From Nitrosopumilus sp. (lineage in GTDB: Archaea; Thermoproteota; Nitrososphaeria; Nitrososphaerales; Nitrosopumilaceae): a DNA stretch of 64,000 bases. Location: NCBI GenBank assembly GCA_965219345.1, contig OZ244732.1:288001-352000 (forward strand). Direction: 5' to 3'. Below, piece after piece: positions 1 to 9,473 of the stretch (its first letter is position 1; each line of letters opens with the position of its first letter). The translations under genes and the position numbers were made by a program. The notes beneath the pieces are model-generated. The model was not told the DNA's origin. It saw only the letters and a program-made list of their open reading frames with translations, and did not search any database.

Positions 1-6
1 TCTTGT

Positions 7-849
7 ATGGTATCTGAGATGAAGGCAAAGGTCACATATATGGAAATGATAAAAGAAGACCTTGTAATCATACGATTAGTTCCAGAAAATGGGATGCCGC
101 AATACAGAACTGGTCAATTTCTAACAATTGGTCTTCCAATACCAGCAGAAAAAAAGATAGTCAGAAGAGCATATTCAATTGCGTCAAATGCAGAGAATAG
201 AGACTATTTTGAATTTGTAATCAGATGGGTAAGAAAACCACTACCCGGTCGTGTAACAACTGAATTATTTTATCTGAGTGTTGGTGATGAAGTACTTCTA
301 GGAGACCCTACAGGAGCTGCATTACAAATTAGTGAAAAGCTACATAATGGAGAAAAAGACAACAGAAGGATAATTTGTGTTGGCGGTGGAACAGGATTAG
401 CACCATTTATTGCATTTGCAAATCATTTCCACGATACCAATGACAAAAGAGAAGTAATTATTTTGCATGGAGCTAGTTATGTTGATGAATTAAGTTACAA
501 ACGACTCTTGACGGATTTGGAAAATGAAAGCGAGAAAAGAGGAAGAGACCAATGGAACTTTAGATATAGAGCAGCCATTAGTAGGCCAAAAGAATTCTAT
601 AACAGATCTTGGTCTGGTCATGTAGGCAGAGTAGAATCATTTTTCAAGCCTGATAAAAAAACTGGATTATCACCAATGGATGAGATGGTAGGAGAGGAAA
701 TTACACCAGACAATACAATTGTCTACATTTGTGGATACCAAGGTACTATTGATGGGGTAATCGAATCTCTTGGTTCAAGAGGTTTTGTTACAGAACATGA
801 GAAAAATCCTGACGGAAGCTTTGGAATAAAGTTTGAATCTTACGGATAG
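7..849 (+). CDS. Ferredoxin--NADP+ reductase family flavoprotein (paralog 1)
   Basis: RAYSIAS FAD motif, GGGTGLAPF NAD(P) motif, YICG; clear paralog of 14165..15010. Confidence 0.9.
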   Translation: MVSEMKAKVTYMEMIKEDLVIIRLVPENGMPQYRTGQFLTIGLPIPAEKKIVRRAYSIASNAENRDYFEFVIRWVRKPLPGRVTTELFYLSVGDEVLLGDPTGAALQISEKLHNGEKDNRRIICVGGGTGLAPFIAFANHFHDTNDKREVIILHGASYVDELSYKRLLTDLENESEKRGRDQWNFRYRAAISRPKEFYNRSWSGHVGRVESFFKPDKKTGLSPMDEMVGEEITPDNTIVYICGYQGTIDGVIESLGSRGFVTEHEKNPDGSFGIKFESYG

Positions 850-1130
850 TAATATTTTTCAAAAAAATAATTAATTTTCATTTTTGAGATCAGAAAACCA
901 GTTTTTATTAGAAAAGTTAACCCGTGGATTTTTATATCGTAATATTTTTGGTAAAATATGGCAAAACTCAAGTGTGGGGATTATGGTTTTGAGTGTGATT
1001 TTGTAGCCGAAGGGGAGATGGAAGAAGTTATTGAAAATTTTAGGACACACACGGATGATGTGCATGGGATAGATTATTCTAAGGAAGCCGTAATGCAGTT
1101 TCTCTTAAGAAAACAAGGCATTTAATAGAA

Positions 1131-2207
1131 TTAAGCATCAAATCTTTTCATTGTTGCAGATAAAATAGGAACTTCTTTTGTAATAATTTTTTCAACTGCA
1201 GGTACAATGTTTATTCTAGCTTTAACACTTTCTTCATAAATTTCATAAATTTGATCTCTAAACAGTAATTTAATTCCAGGAAGTGCAGTAATGCCTTCTT
1301 CAACAGTTCTAGGATCTGACAAATCTAAAATCAGTGTGCCTTTTTTCTTTTCCTCCATAATCAATCGAATTCTATCATAGGTGATTAAGAAATAATCACA
1401 TGTTGTTGCAACAAAGATAATATCATATTTATCAAAACCGGCCAAAACATCGTTAAAGTCAACAGGATTTCCACTCAATAGTGTTGTAAATCCAGTTGCA
1501 CGATCAATTGTTCTACTCGTTACATCAAAGTCAATGCCTCTTTTTTTCAAAGCTTTTGCAACCATAGCAGCAGGCTCACCAGTGCCAATAATCAATACTT
1601 TTTTCTTGGCATCAAGTCCCGCTTTCTCATCTACTAGTTTTATTGCAACATCACCGAGAGAGGTAACTTCTTTTGCGATTCCGGTTGTATCTCTCATTCT
1701 GAGAGATAATCTAATTACGCTTTCAAATAATTTATTAAGAATTTTGCCAGAGACGCCTGCGCTCTTTGCCTTAGCTAATGAGAGTACAATCTCATCAAAT
1801 ATTTCTTGTTTTCCAATAACAGGAGAATCCAATCCAGATGCTAAACGTAACAGGTGAAGATATACATCATCCCCTTTGTATACTTCAAGAGTTTGATCAA
1901 AATGATCAATATCATTCTGTTCCAGTGAAGACAGAGGTATCCAAGTATCTTTAATTTGATTTAACACAAGAGTTCTTCCTTCAGGCCTCCGTGCATCAGG
2001 AGAATCAGAAGTTTCAACATTGCTTACTAAAAAGATTTCAACCCTACTTGCCGTTTGAATAATGATACATTCATCAACGCCAGAAATTTTTTTGAATTCT
2101 TCAGATGCTGCAATTACATCTTTAAAAGTAAATTTTGCCAATGCATGTAGAGGTACATTTTTGAAAGTGACCCTTGCATTCATTACATCGAAACTTACTT
2201 GACTCAA
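1131..2207 (-). CDS. Glutamyl-tRNA reductase (HemA)-like paralog lacking the catalytic Cys
   Basis: HLLRLASGLDS, Rossmann IGTGE, ILDLSDPR; the canonical TCNR motif reads TASR; C-terminus short. Confidence 0.85.
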   Translation of the reverse strand: MSQVSFDVMNARVTFKNVPLHALAKFTFKDVIAASEEFKKISGVDECIIIQTASRVEIFLVSNVETSDSPDARRPEGRTLVLNQIKDTWIPLSSLEQNDIDHFDQTLEVYKGDDVYLHLLRLASGLDSPVIGKQEIFDEIVLSLAKAKSAGVSGKILNKLFESVIRLSLRMRDTTGIAKEVTSLGDVAIKLVDEKAGLDAKKKVLIIGTGEPAAMVAKALKKRGIDFDVTSRTIDRATGFTTLLSGNPVDFNDVLAGFDKYDIIFVATTCDYFLITYDRIRLIMEEKKKGTLILDLSDPRTVEEGITALPGIKLLFRDQIYEIYEESVKARINIVPAVEKIITKEVPILSATMKRFDA

Positions 2208-2217
2208 ATCATCACCA

Positions 2218-2916
2218 TTAAGATTTTATCTTCTCCCGTCCACCTTTTGCAGTTCGGAAAACATTCATTCCAATGAAAAAATTTTCATGTAACGATTTTA
2301 AATAAATGATATCATTCTCAGTATTTTGGATTTGTTTTTCAGTAGCTTCTGGATCATTTTTTAATTTTTCAAGTCTTTGATTTGTTTCCTCTAAAAAGTC
2401 ATCTACTCCGCGTTCATAATTTGAAACACCAGCATACTCAGGGCTAAGAACATGCTCAGGAATATAATCAGGAGTTACATCCTGGAACTTCTCAGCTTTT
2501 CTTGTAATAGATTCCTGTTCTTCTGCTGAAAGAATTGGCCGTGGGAATCGGTCTTCCTTCTCTAACCAAAATTCTGGTTCGCCCATCTCTCGTCTGAAGA
2601 TTTCCTCACTTTGTCTCTTAAACGTGTGAGCAGGGCCCTTCGCTTCGTCTTCTTTTACTTCATCAGCAATTGCCTTGTATTCTGCTTCTGCTGCAGCTTC
2701 CGCTTTTTCTTTTGCAGCTGCTGCTTTTGCAACAGCTTTTTGTAGCGCAATTTCTGCTTTTTCAGCTGCTTTAGCTGCCGTCTCTGCTTTCGCTGCTGCG
2801 TTAGTTGACACTTTAGTTTCTTTTTTTGTAGTTTTTTCTGTTGACGGTTTTCCGGATGATGAATCTTCGGTAGTTTTTTCTTCTACTTTAGATTCTTTTT
2901 CTTCCTCAGACATCAA
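2218..2916 (-). CDS. Hypothetical protein with Ala/Lys/Glu-rich low-complexity N-terminus
   Basis: 232-aa ORF ending 10 nt before the hemA-like start, likely co-transcribed. Confidence 0.75.
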   Translation of the reverse strand: MMSEEEKESKVEEKTTEDSSSGKPSTEKTTKKETKVSTNAAAKAETAAKAAEKAEIALQKAVAKAAAAKEKAEAAAEAEYKAIADEVKEDEAKGPAHTFKRQSEEIFRREMGEPEFWLEKEDRFPRPILSAEEQESITRKAEKFQDVTPDYIPEHVLSPEYAGVSNYERGVDDFLEETNQRLEKLKNDPEATEKQIQNTENDIIYLKSLHENFFIGMNVFRTAKGGREKIKS

Positions 2917-3056
2917 AATTTACTATTGTTGCCTGAATTTTAATATTCTTGTGTGAAAAATCATTCATCATTTCTTTTTTGAATAATAATATCTGCAAAT
3001 ATCATTCTGATTGGTAGTAAAATGATTTTTAGCTAACTGAATTTTGTAAAAATTAT

Positions 3057-3071
3057 GGCGCCCTTGGTGGG
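3057..3071 (-). repeat. Degenerate att site: copy of tRNA-Asp 3' end
   Basis: ggcgcccttggtggg versus ggcgccctcggcggg at 5830-5844 (13/15 identical, same orientation). Confidence 0.6.
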
Positions 3072-3341
3072 TTCATGTCTTGTAGAATGGCGCCCTGCAC
3101 TAATTATTGTCAAACCAGTTTGATCGCTCATACTTAGTATAGTATAGTGACTGAGCTTTTGATATGGGTTGTGTTTTGGTTATTGTGTGATAACCTGTAA
3201 CATCAAATGTGAATATGCAGACAAAATACAGGGAATTTTTTTTTAGCTGATCCTATAGATCACAAGCTAGTTACATGCATCAAGATTGTTTTTAATATCA
3301 CATATACAATAACAAATCATGTTGCATGACGGTAACATTAC

Positions 3342-4826
3342 ATGAAAGAAAATACAAAATCTCCAGAGCTATTCATCGGACTGACTGGAGCAGTAGGAAC
3401 CGATCTAGATAAAATCTCTAAAATGTTTGATAAAAAGCTGCAGACGTTGGGGTATGCTACAGAAGTTATTGTCCTGAGCAAACTCCTAGGAATGATCAAA
3501 GGATTGGTGAATGATTATGACCTGCAAGACGAGTATGCTAGGATTATGGCACTGATGGATGCAGGGGACAAATTCAGACAAAAAACTGGGACGGGTAATG
3601 CATTGATCAAACTTGCCATACCTTATGTGATCAATATTCGAAACAAGATGAAGGGTTCCAATGACTCCAACTGCAGACAGGCCTACATATTCAAGTCACT
3701 AAAACACGTAAAAGAAGTACAAAAACTGCGCCAGGTATACGGTAAGAATTTTTGGCTTGTCTCTGTCTACTCACCGCACAATATTAGATCCAAACATCTA
3801 GCAGAGAAGATTTCAAACAGTAACAAAAACAATTCTGATGAGTATGTGATGAAACTGATAAAACGTGATGAACATGACAGTACAAATCCACTAGGACAAA
3901 ACGTCAGAGATACATTCTCAGAAGCTGATGTATTTCTCAATATGGAGTTAGATCTTGATGAATCGATTGACAAGTTTGTGGAGCTCTTGTTTGAAAATAC
4001 ACTAAACACCCCAACTACTGAGGAATCTGGAATGATGCACGCCTTTACTGCCTCCATGGCATCCTCCTCATTATCTAGGCAAGTCGGTGCCTCAATACTT
4101 ACAAAATTAGGTGATTTGATATCTACTGGAGTCAACGAGGTTCCCAAGGCACGTGGTGGACACTATGTTGTTGGAGATATCAACGATGCAAGGGAATGGA
4201 AGCTCGGTTATGACTCTAACACACGCAAAAAGACAGAGGCACTTACTGAATTTTTGACTAAGCTAGATGAGGAAAAATGGCTGTCAGATCATGTCTCAAG
4301 ATCGAATATGACTGCAAAGGCCTTGGAATCAAAACAAATCAGAGGTTCTGCATTTCTTAATCTGATAGAGTATGGAAGGGAAGTGCATGCAGAAATGTCG
4401 GCCCTCATGAGTGCACTACGTATTGGAATCTCAGTCAAAGGATGTACGATGTATTGTACAACTTTTCCATGTCACATCTGTGCCAAGCACATAATTGCAA
4501 GCGGGATCTCAAAACTAGTCTACATAGAACCTTATCCCAAGAGTCTGGCAAAAGAACTATACTATGATTCGATTACGGTGGATGAGGACATAATAAGAGA
4601 CAAAGTTCAGTTTAATCCGTTCATAGGAGTATCTCCCAGACGGCATATGGAGTTGTTCAGAATGTTAAAGAGAAAAGATAAAGATGGAAATAGCATAACA
4701 TGGAATCCAGATGATGCAGTCCTCAGATATGTAGAACCCACTGTGCCTTATAACAAAGAGCAACAGGAGGTCAATCAACTAGAAAAAATACTGTCCGATC
4801 AAGGATTAGAACTTGAAGAATATTGA
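3342..4826 (+). CDS. Anti-phage dCTP deaminase (P-loop kinase + Zn deaminase; Dcd/AvcD-like)
   Basis: N-terminal IGLTGAVGTD P-loop; SSSLSRQVGA, GVNEVPK, HAEMSAL, TTFPCHICAKHII, YIEPYPKS motifs. Confidence 0.9.
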   Translation: MKENTKSPELFIGLTGAVGTDLDKISKMFDKKLQTLGYATEVIVLSKLLGMIKGLVNDYDLQDEYARIMALMDAGDKFRQKTGTGNALIKLAIPYVINIRNKMKGSNDSNCRQAYIFKSLKHVKEVQKLRQVYGKNFWLVSVYSPHNIRSKHLAEKISNSNKNNSDEYVMKLIKRDEHDSTNPLGQNVRDTFSEADVFLNMELDLDESIDKFVELLFENTLNTPTTEESGMMHAFTASMASSSLSRQVGASILTKLGDLISTGVNEVPKARGGHYVVGDINDAREWKLGYDSNTRKKTEALTEFLTKLDEEKWLSDHVSRSNMTAKALESKQIRGSAFLNLIEYGREVHAEMSALMSALRIGISVKGCTMYCTTFPCHICAKHIIASGISKLVYIEPYPKSLAKELYYDSITVDEDIIRDKVQFNPFIGVSPRRHMELFRMLKRKDKDGNSITWNPDDAVLRYVEPTVPYNKEQQEVNQLEKILSDQGLELEEY

Positions 4827-4864
4827 CCAAATATTATTATAAGAAACCAGTCTTTCTGTATTGT

Positions 4865-4975
4865 ATGCAGTCATTACAAAAAGGATGGTTGGAAAAAGTA
4901 TTCAAAGACGCAGCCGAAGCAGTGGCAAAAATGCCAAAGGAAGAACGCGAATACTATGAACAGCATTCCAACTAG
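4865..4975 (+). CDS. Small 36-aa ORF (MQSLQKGWLEKVFKDAAEAVAKMPKEEREYYEQHSN)
   Basis: ATG..TAG, TATA-like attattataa about 25-30 nt upstream, amphipathic helix pattern; not in ORF track. Confidence 0.5.
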   Translation: MQSLQKGWLEKVFKDAAEAVAKMPKEEREYYEQHSN

Positions 4976-5027
4976 ATTCTCTGTATTTTAGATTACAATC
5001 ACTGTTTTCTTATGTTTGTTGCATAAC

Positions 5028-5178
5028 GGCTCTGTAGCGTTATGGTGACCTGAAATATGATCTTCTCTGAATTGAAAATTTATTTATTCAGTAGCCTTGT
5101 TCAAAGAAGCATTTTGTATGATCGTCTTCCACTTGTTAGCGTCCTCAACCTCAATCTTTGAGGCCTGCACGGGTGTCT
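5028..5178 (-). mobile_element. IS6-family right-end remnant (transposase C-terminus + terminal IR)
   Basis: Encodes TPVQASKIEVEDANKWKTIIQNASL, matching TPAQASMIEVDGLNKWKTIIQNASL at 43381..43623; IR ggctctgtagcgtta at 5028. Confidence 0.85.
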
Positions 5179-5854
5179 CACCCACTCTAAACGCACCTTC
5201 AAACAAAACCCAGAACATTGCCCTGTCATGTCTGTTTGATATCTGTCCCAGAATTGAAACTATTTCATCTGATGTAAGAAGATCCTGAGATCTTACTGTC
5301 TGCTCGTTTCTGTCAATGTATCTAGACGGTTTTATCCAAGACACTTCTTGCACATACGGGTTCTCATCACGGTCTCCAATCTCTCCGGTCTTGGCGTAAT
5401 GTACAAGACGCAGCATCGTCATGGCGTATGCCTTTTTTGTCTCGCCCTTGTATGATTCATTGGATATTATATCAGACAATACTGATTCACAATCATTCTT
5501 TGTAGCAGCTTCAAGCAGTACTGGCGCATCAAACTTTGTGTTAAACAATCTTAGAATCAGTGTCAGTCTGTCTGCATAGTAGACTATTCTACCGTCTTTT
5601 TTTCCCGCAAGCTTTAGCTTTTCTAGAAATCTGACTGCAACGTCTCCCTGCTGTGTCTGTCCAAGTCTTTTCTTTATGCGACACAGCTTGCCTGCATAGT
5701 TGTGGATATCATCTGGATTTTTTCTAGTCAAAGGTACGGACAAAGATTGATCGGTATTTAAGCCAGTTTTTTTGCGGGATTTCTTTTTTCTAGAACTGCT
5801 CCCTTTGTGGGAACCGGAAAAAATGTCAAGGCGCCCTCGGCGGGATTTGAACAC
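5084..5854 (-). pseudogene. Truncated tyrosine integrase fused to IS6 transposase tail
   Basis: HDRAMFWVLFEGAFRVGE box I with catalytic Arg, then abrupt switch to IS6 sequence; HxxR and Tyr motifs missing; ORF begins inside tRNA-Asp. Confidence 0.8.
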
Positions 5855-5906
5855 GCGTCTCAGCCGTGACAGGGCCGAATTCTAGACCAGGCTATACTAC
5901 AAGGGC
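5832..5906 (-). tRNA. tRNA-Asp (GTC)
   Basis: GCCCTTG..CGAGGGC-G acceptor, loop CT-GTC-AC, TTCAAAT T-loop (one T-stem mismatch). Confidence 0.92.
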
Positions 5907-6002
5907 ACAAGTACTTTGAATCAAATTGCTAGATTAAAAGTTTCGGTCACAACAAAAAATTTTGTAAAAGACTAAATTATACACTCAAAGCATTTTTCAT
6001 AA

Positions 6003-6076
6003 GGGTCTATGGCGCAGCCAGGTAGCGCACCGGACTTTTAATCCGGTTGTCGAGGGTCCGAATCCCTCTAGACCCG
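6003..6076 (+). tRNA. tRNA-Lys (TTT)
   Basis: GGGTCTA..TAGACCC acceptor; CCGGA-CTTTTAA-TCCGG anticodon arm. Confidence 0.93.
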
Positions 6077-6095
6077 CTACTTTTCTTTATAAAAA

Positions 6096-7556
6096 TTATC
6101 GAATTATTTCATTAACCTGTTTTTCCAAGTTTGTAATAGATGAGTTGATTTTATTTTCTCTGTTAGTAATAGTTGTTCTATAGTTGTTAATCTTTTGAAT
6201 TCTATCAGAAATCATTCTTTTTTGTTCATCATATCCTGAGGAACCATATGATTTTCTCTCCTTTAGAGAGGAGGCAACAGTTGTAGAAGAGATAATTTTT
6301 GAAACGATTTTTGGATTAACTTTAGTGCCAACCACAGATTTTTTAATTTCTGTTGGAGTCAGTTTTGAAATAGGTTTTTTTGAGTTATATGCTAATTGTA
6401 CTAATATGCCTGCAATTTTATGCGTCACTCTAAATGGGATTCCCTCTTGAACTAATTTTTCAGTAATATCTAGTGCAATAAGATTACTTGATTCAGTAAC
6501 TTTTTTCATTTGTTTTTCATTTACTTTCAAAGTGAGGAGCATTGATTTTAAAATTAACAATGCACTGATAGATATTTTTGATGTGGACCAAATAGATGAT
6601 TTTATTTGTTGTAAATCACGTCCATAACCTGTTGCCAGACCTTTGATAGTTGTTAGAATTGCTGTCAAGTTTCCAATAACTTCAGCAGTTTTACCTCTTG
6701 TTAATTCTAAAATATCTGGATTCCTCTTTTGAGGCATTACGCTTGAGGGAGATGTAAATTCATCAGACAATTCAATAAAAGAAAATTCAGATGTGGACCA
6801 GAGTACAAAATCTTCAGATATCCTACTTAAATTAGTCATCAAAATTGAAATCATTGCAACATATTCTGCCACAAAATCACGTGTACTTGTTGCATCAATA
6901 GAATTCTCAACAAGATCATCAAAGCCTAACATCTTTGCAGTACTATGTCTATCAATTGGGATGCTTGTTCCTCCAATAGGTCCTGCACCAAGTGGACTTT
7001 GGTTAACTCGTTCAAAAGTTCCATAAAGTCGTTGAAAATCTCTAGACAAAACATCTGCATGTGCCAAAAGATAATGAGAGAAAAGGCCTGCTTGAGCTTG
7101 TTGAAGATGAGTATAAAGGGGCATGATTGTTTTCTGGTGATTTTTAGCCACAGAAACTAGAGTTTCCATAGTATCCAAAAGACAGTTGCAAACAATATTG
7201 ATGTCGTCTCTAATTTTCATTCTAATATCTAAAACAACTTGATCGTTGCGTGATCTTGCAGTATGCATCTTTCCTCCACTAGCCATACCAGCCTTTTTGA
7301 TGACTAGTGATTCAACCAATTCATGAATGTCCTCTGCTCCAGACGATGAATCAAATTTTTCTTTTTTCAAATGTTTTAAAGCTAACAAGATTTTTTTTGC
7401 ATCATTTTTTGTTATGATGTTTTTTTGGTATAACATCAAAGTGTGAGCTTGGCTTCCAATAATATCATAGAGTGCAATTTCAAAATCATCATCCATTGAT
7501 GAAACGTAATCCAAAGTAATACCGCTCAAATCATTTCCAAGACGTGAACGATACAT
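6096..7556 (-). CDS. argH: Argininosuccinate lyase
   Basis: HTARSRNDQ, YTHLQQAQ, SSVMPQKRNPD signature. Confidence 0.96.
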   Translation of the reverse strand: MYRSRLGNDLSGITLDYVSSMDDDFEIALYDIIGSQAHTLMLYQKNIITKNDAKKILLALKHLKKEKFDSSSGAEDIHELVESLVIKKAGMASGGKMHTARSRNDQVVLDIRMKIRDDINIVCNCLLDTMETLVSVAKNHQKTIMPLYTHLQQAQAGLFSHYLLAHADVLSRDFQRLYGTFERVNQSPLGAGPIGGTSIPIDRHSTAKMLGFDDLVENSIDATSTRDFVAEYVAMISILMTNLSRISEDFVLWSTSEFSFIELSDEFTSPSSVMPQKRNPDILELTRGKTAEVIGNLTAILTTIKGLATGYGRDLQQIKSSIWSTSKISISALLILKSMLLTLKVNEKQMKKVTESSNLIALDITEKLVQEGIPFRVTHKIAGILVQLAYNSKKPISKLTPTEIKKSVVGTKVNPKIVSKIISSTTVASSLKERKSYGSSGYDEQKRMISDRIQKINNYRTTITNRENKINSSITNLEKQVNEIIR

Positions 7557-7605
7557 TACCTAAGGTTTTGGAATGGTTATATATAGCATCGACGCTTTTG
7601 CCCAC

Positions 7606-7929
7606 ATGAGTCAAGATATCAAACTACTACGAGTAAAAATCTTCGATAAGCTATCAACGATTGTGGATCCAGAAATTAACACATCAATTGTTGAACTAGA
7701 ATTAATTGATGAGGTTGATATCAATGATACCAATGTTAAAGTTGATTTGCATTTAACTAGTCCATTCTGTCCAGCAGTTTTTGGTTTTAAGATTTGTCAA
7801 GATATTCACGATCATCTTTTGAAGGTAGACGGAGTAGATGATGTTAAAGTAAATGTTTCAAATCACTTTATGGCAGAGCAGATTAACAATCAAGTAAACA
7901 ACAGTCCAAACCCAAAAAAACAGAGTTAA
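7606..7929 (+). CDS. DUF59/SufT-like Fe-S cluster assembly factor
   Basis: IVDPEINTSIVEL and LTSPFCP motifs; ATG at 7606 preferred over 7573. Confidence 0.88.
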   Translation: MSQDIKLLRVKIFDKLSTIVDPEINTSIVELELIDEVDINDTNVKVDLHLTSPFCPAVFGFKICQDIHDHLLKVDGVDDVKVNVSNHFMAEQINNQVNNSPNPKKQS

Positions 7930-8693
7930 CTTCTAAATCCCAACAAATAGCCCCTAAGTAGTTGTATTCCCATCGCAGGATCAACGCCTTTGGGACATAC
8001 TTGACTACAAGAACCAGCAAAGTGGCATCTCCATATTCCATGAGATTCATCAATCATCTTAAGCCTGGAATCTTTGCCCTTATCTCTACTATCTGCGACA
8101 TATCGGTATGCTTGAGCTAATGCTTGCGGTCCAACAAATGAAGAATCTGTTGCCATTGTAGGACATGCAGAATTACACAAACCACATTTGATACAATTAG
8201 CAAATTGGATGTATTGTTCTACTTCTTCAGGAGATTGTAAGAATTCTTTTGTATCAGATTCTAGTTCAGTATCATCTCGGATAAGATATGGCTTGATTTT
8301 ATGATGAGTGTCAAACAATCTTTCAAACTTTACAGCCAAATCACGAATAATTGGAAAGTTGCTCATAGGTTCAACTGTAACAACATTAGAGTTTAGTTCA
8401 CTAATTTTTGTAAAACATGCAAGTCTTGGTTTTCCATTAATCATCATTCCGCATGAGCCACAGGTTGCTTGTCTACAAGAGTGGCGAACTGCTACTGAAT
8501 GATCAAAGTGTTCTTTGACATAAAGAATTGCTTCTAGAACAGTTGTCCATTTCTGATATGGGACAATAAACTCCATTAATACACTTGAATCATCATGTTC
8601 AGGATTATATCTTGAAATTCTAAGTGTGATTGATTTAGAAGAAGATAGTGATGTTGATGCTTGTTCGTCTGCGATGCCAGACACCTGTGCCAT
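7926..8693 (-). CDS. sdhB: Succinate dehydrogenase Fe-S subunit
   Basis: SCRQATCGSC, CIKCGLCNSACP, CHFAGSCSQVCP. Confidence 0.95.
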   Translation of the reverse strand: MAQVSGIADEQASTSLSSSKSITLRISRYNPEHDDSSVLMEFIVPYQKWTTVLEAILYVKEHFDHSVAVRHSCRQATCGSCGMMINGKPRLACFTKISELNSNVVTVEPMSNFPIIRDLAVKFERLFDTHHKIKPYLIRDDTELESDTKEFLQSPEEVEQYIQFANCIKCGLCNSACPTMATDSSFVGPQALAQAYRYVADSRDKGKDSRLKMIDESHGIWRCHFAGSCSQVCPKGVDPAMGIQLLRGYLLGFRS

Positions 8694-8695
8694 TT

Positions 8696-9040
8696 CTATG
8701 CCATCCCCATGTTAACTACAATAATTGTTCTTGAACCGTATGCTATTAATCCAATCATTGCAGCTAGACAACCATAAGAAACAGCTTTTTCATAAATTCT
8801 TCCTTGTTTTAATTCCAATAAAATAACTCTAAGACCATTAAATCCATGAATTGAAAGCAAGACAAGTATTAATTCCAACATTATAGCATACGGAACGAAT
8901 TTGTAGTTGGCAAGAACACTTTCAAACTCCAAGGATTCTGCAAATCCCTGCGTAAGCCGCATCAAAACGTGAACTGCCACTAGGGCTACTGCTGCAATGG
9001 CAGTTCCATAGTGAATTTTCATGATTGTGCTTTCTCTCAT
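8696..9040 (-). CDS. sdhD: Succinate dehydrogenase membrane anchor subunit D
   Basis: Three TM helices, HGFNGLRVIL, operon position. Confidence 0.85.
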   Translation of the reverse strand: MRESTIMKIHYGTAIAAVALVAVHVLMRLTQGFAESLEFESVLANYKFVPYAIMLELILVLLSIHGFNGLRVILLELKQGRIYEKAVSYGCLAAMIGLIAYGSRTIIVVNMGMA

Positions 9041-9041
9041 C

Positions 9042-9473
9042 CTATTCACCAAGCATTACCGCTAGCCCATACATCATTGCAAATGCTGCAAGAACAATTG
9101 CAGAATAGATGCCTATCTTGTGTCTGTAATTTTGTGATGCTGGTTCATATGGATAATCAGGTCTAGCAGGTTTTCCCACACCAACTCCTCCATGTCCTAA
9201 CATCACTCTAATTCCATTAACAGTGTGAAATACACACATTCCAATTACAATTGCCAAAATAGCATGTCCTTCAGTAGTTGACGTCATTTCCATCAGTTCA
9301 TCCCACCCAACTTGTCCTCTCAAAATATTACTTGTTTCATAAATATGAGCTACAAAATATGCCAGTAATCCTAATCCACTTAATCGCATTAGCCAATATG
9401 CAACTCGTTCGATTCCATAGCGACGTGGATTTGCCATCCCTCCAATGCCCTCTTTGTGCTCGTCTTGGGTCAT
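9042..9473 (-). CDS. sdhC: Succinate dehydrogenase cytochrome b subunit C
   Basis: RLSGLGL, FHTVNGIR, TM helices, operon position. Confidence 0.88.
   Translation of the reverse strand: MTQDEHKEGIGGMANPRRYGIERVAYWLMRLSGLGLLAYFVAHIYETSNILRGQVGWDELMEMTSTTEGHAILAIVIGMCVFHTVNGIRVMLGHGGVGVGKPARPDYPYEPASQNYRHKIGIYSAIVLAAFAMMYGLAVMLGE

Larger units (their letters stand above)
3057..5850. mobile_element. Decayed integrative element at tRNA-Asp carrying a dCTP deaminase
   Basis: Tyrosine-integrase remnant overlapping tRNA-Asp 3' end, distal att-like repeat, higher GC than flanks, defence cargo. Confidence 0.7.

Noticed and set aside
6050-6068. tRNA-Lys T-loop TCCGAAT instead of TTCGAAT as a sign of pseudogenisation
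   Set aside because: All stems pair and a single loop variant is insufficient evidence; likely lineage variation.
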